In this document: in pieces, positions 63,766 to 64,000 of the stretch | Layout: every line of letters starts with the position of its first letter | How positions within the stretch are numbered: the stretch's first letter is position 1 | Source of the DNA: Tubulanus polymorphus | Lineage: Eukaryota > Animalia > Nemertea | Direction of reading: 5' to 3' | Length of the DNA stretch: 64,000 nt | Assembly: GCF_964204645.1 (NCBI RefSeq) | Contig: NC_134032.1 | Coordinates: 13,690,275-13,754,274, forward strand | The notes under the pieces: generated by a model | Databases searched by the model: none | What the model was told of the DNA's origin: nothing | The model's input: the letters and a program-made list of their open reading frames with translations, nothing else | Translations under genes and position numbers: made by a program

Positions 63766-64000
63766 CACTATAACCAACTCGGATACAACGATTCATCGGA
63801 TTCTAACAAATATGAAATTTCGTCCTTAGTAAGACTAATTTCATACTGGATATAACGAACGTATCGGTTATAGCGAACATATTTTCTGGTCCTGTAAAGT
63901 TCGATGTAACGAGGTACAACTACACTAATACTATGGGTCTAGTTCCACAGTTCTGAGTTAGGATTTGACCCTGGGTTAAAACATTGAAAGTGAACTAACT

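Overview
AT-rich animal (invertebrate-type) genomic DNA with short GT-AG introns and dense MITE/minisatellite content; it is not prokaryotic, so most ORF-track entries are artefacts. (1) 1-~16.4 kb is an ~0.8-1.0 kb-unit macrosatellite (at least 18 units, running off the left edge). On the minus strand every unit parses as four short exons separated by canonical 68-112 nt GT-AG introns, with no conserved reading frame. Matching minus-strand exons at ~18 kb and 29-30.3 kb suggest one very highly spliced non-coding transcript. (2) 17-29 kb holds nested mobile DNA, including a degenerate Penelope-like element (GIY-YIG remnant plus minimal hammerhead ribozyme) split by a 4 kb Harbinger-like MITE concatemer. 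(3) A + strand coiled-coil gene (31310-38850) has two candidate first exons and a U12-type AT-AC intron. (4) ECHDC3 lies on the - strand (40322-45771, 9 exons). (5) A cluster of small secreted 8-9-Cys peptide genes (two intact, one pseudogene) lies at 47.4-57.4 kb, with near-identical promoter/intron duplicates but divergent mature peptides. (6) The 5' exons of a KDM1B/LSD2-like gene start at 61124. Three Penelope-type minimal hammerhead motifs were found (20.7, 55.8, 58.7 kb). All gene models were built by eye from splice signals and frame continuity; no database searches were run.
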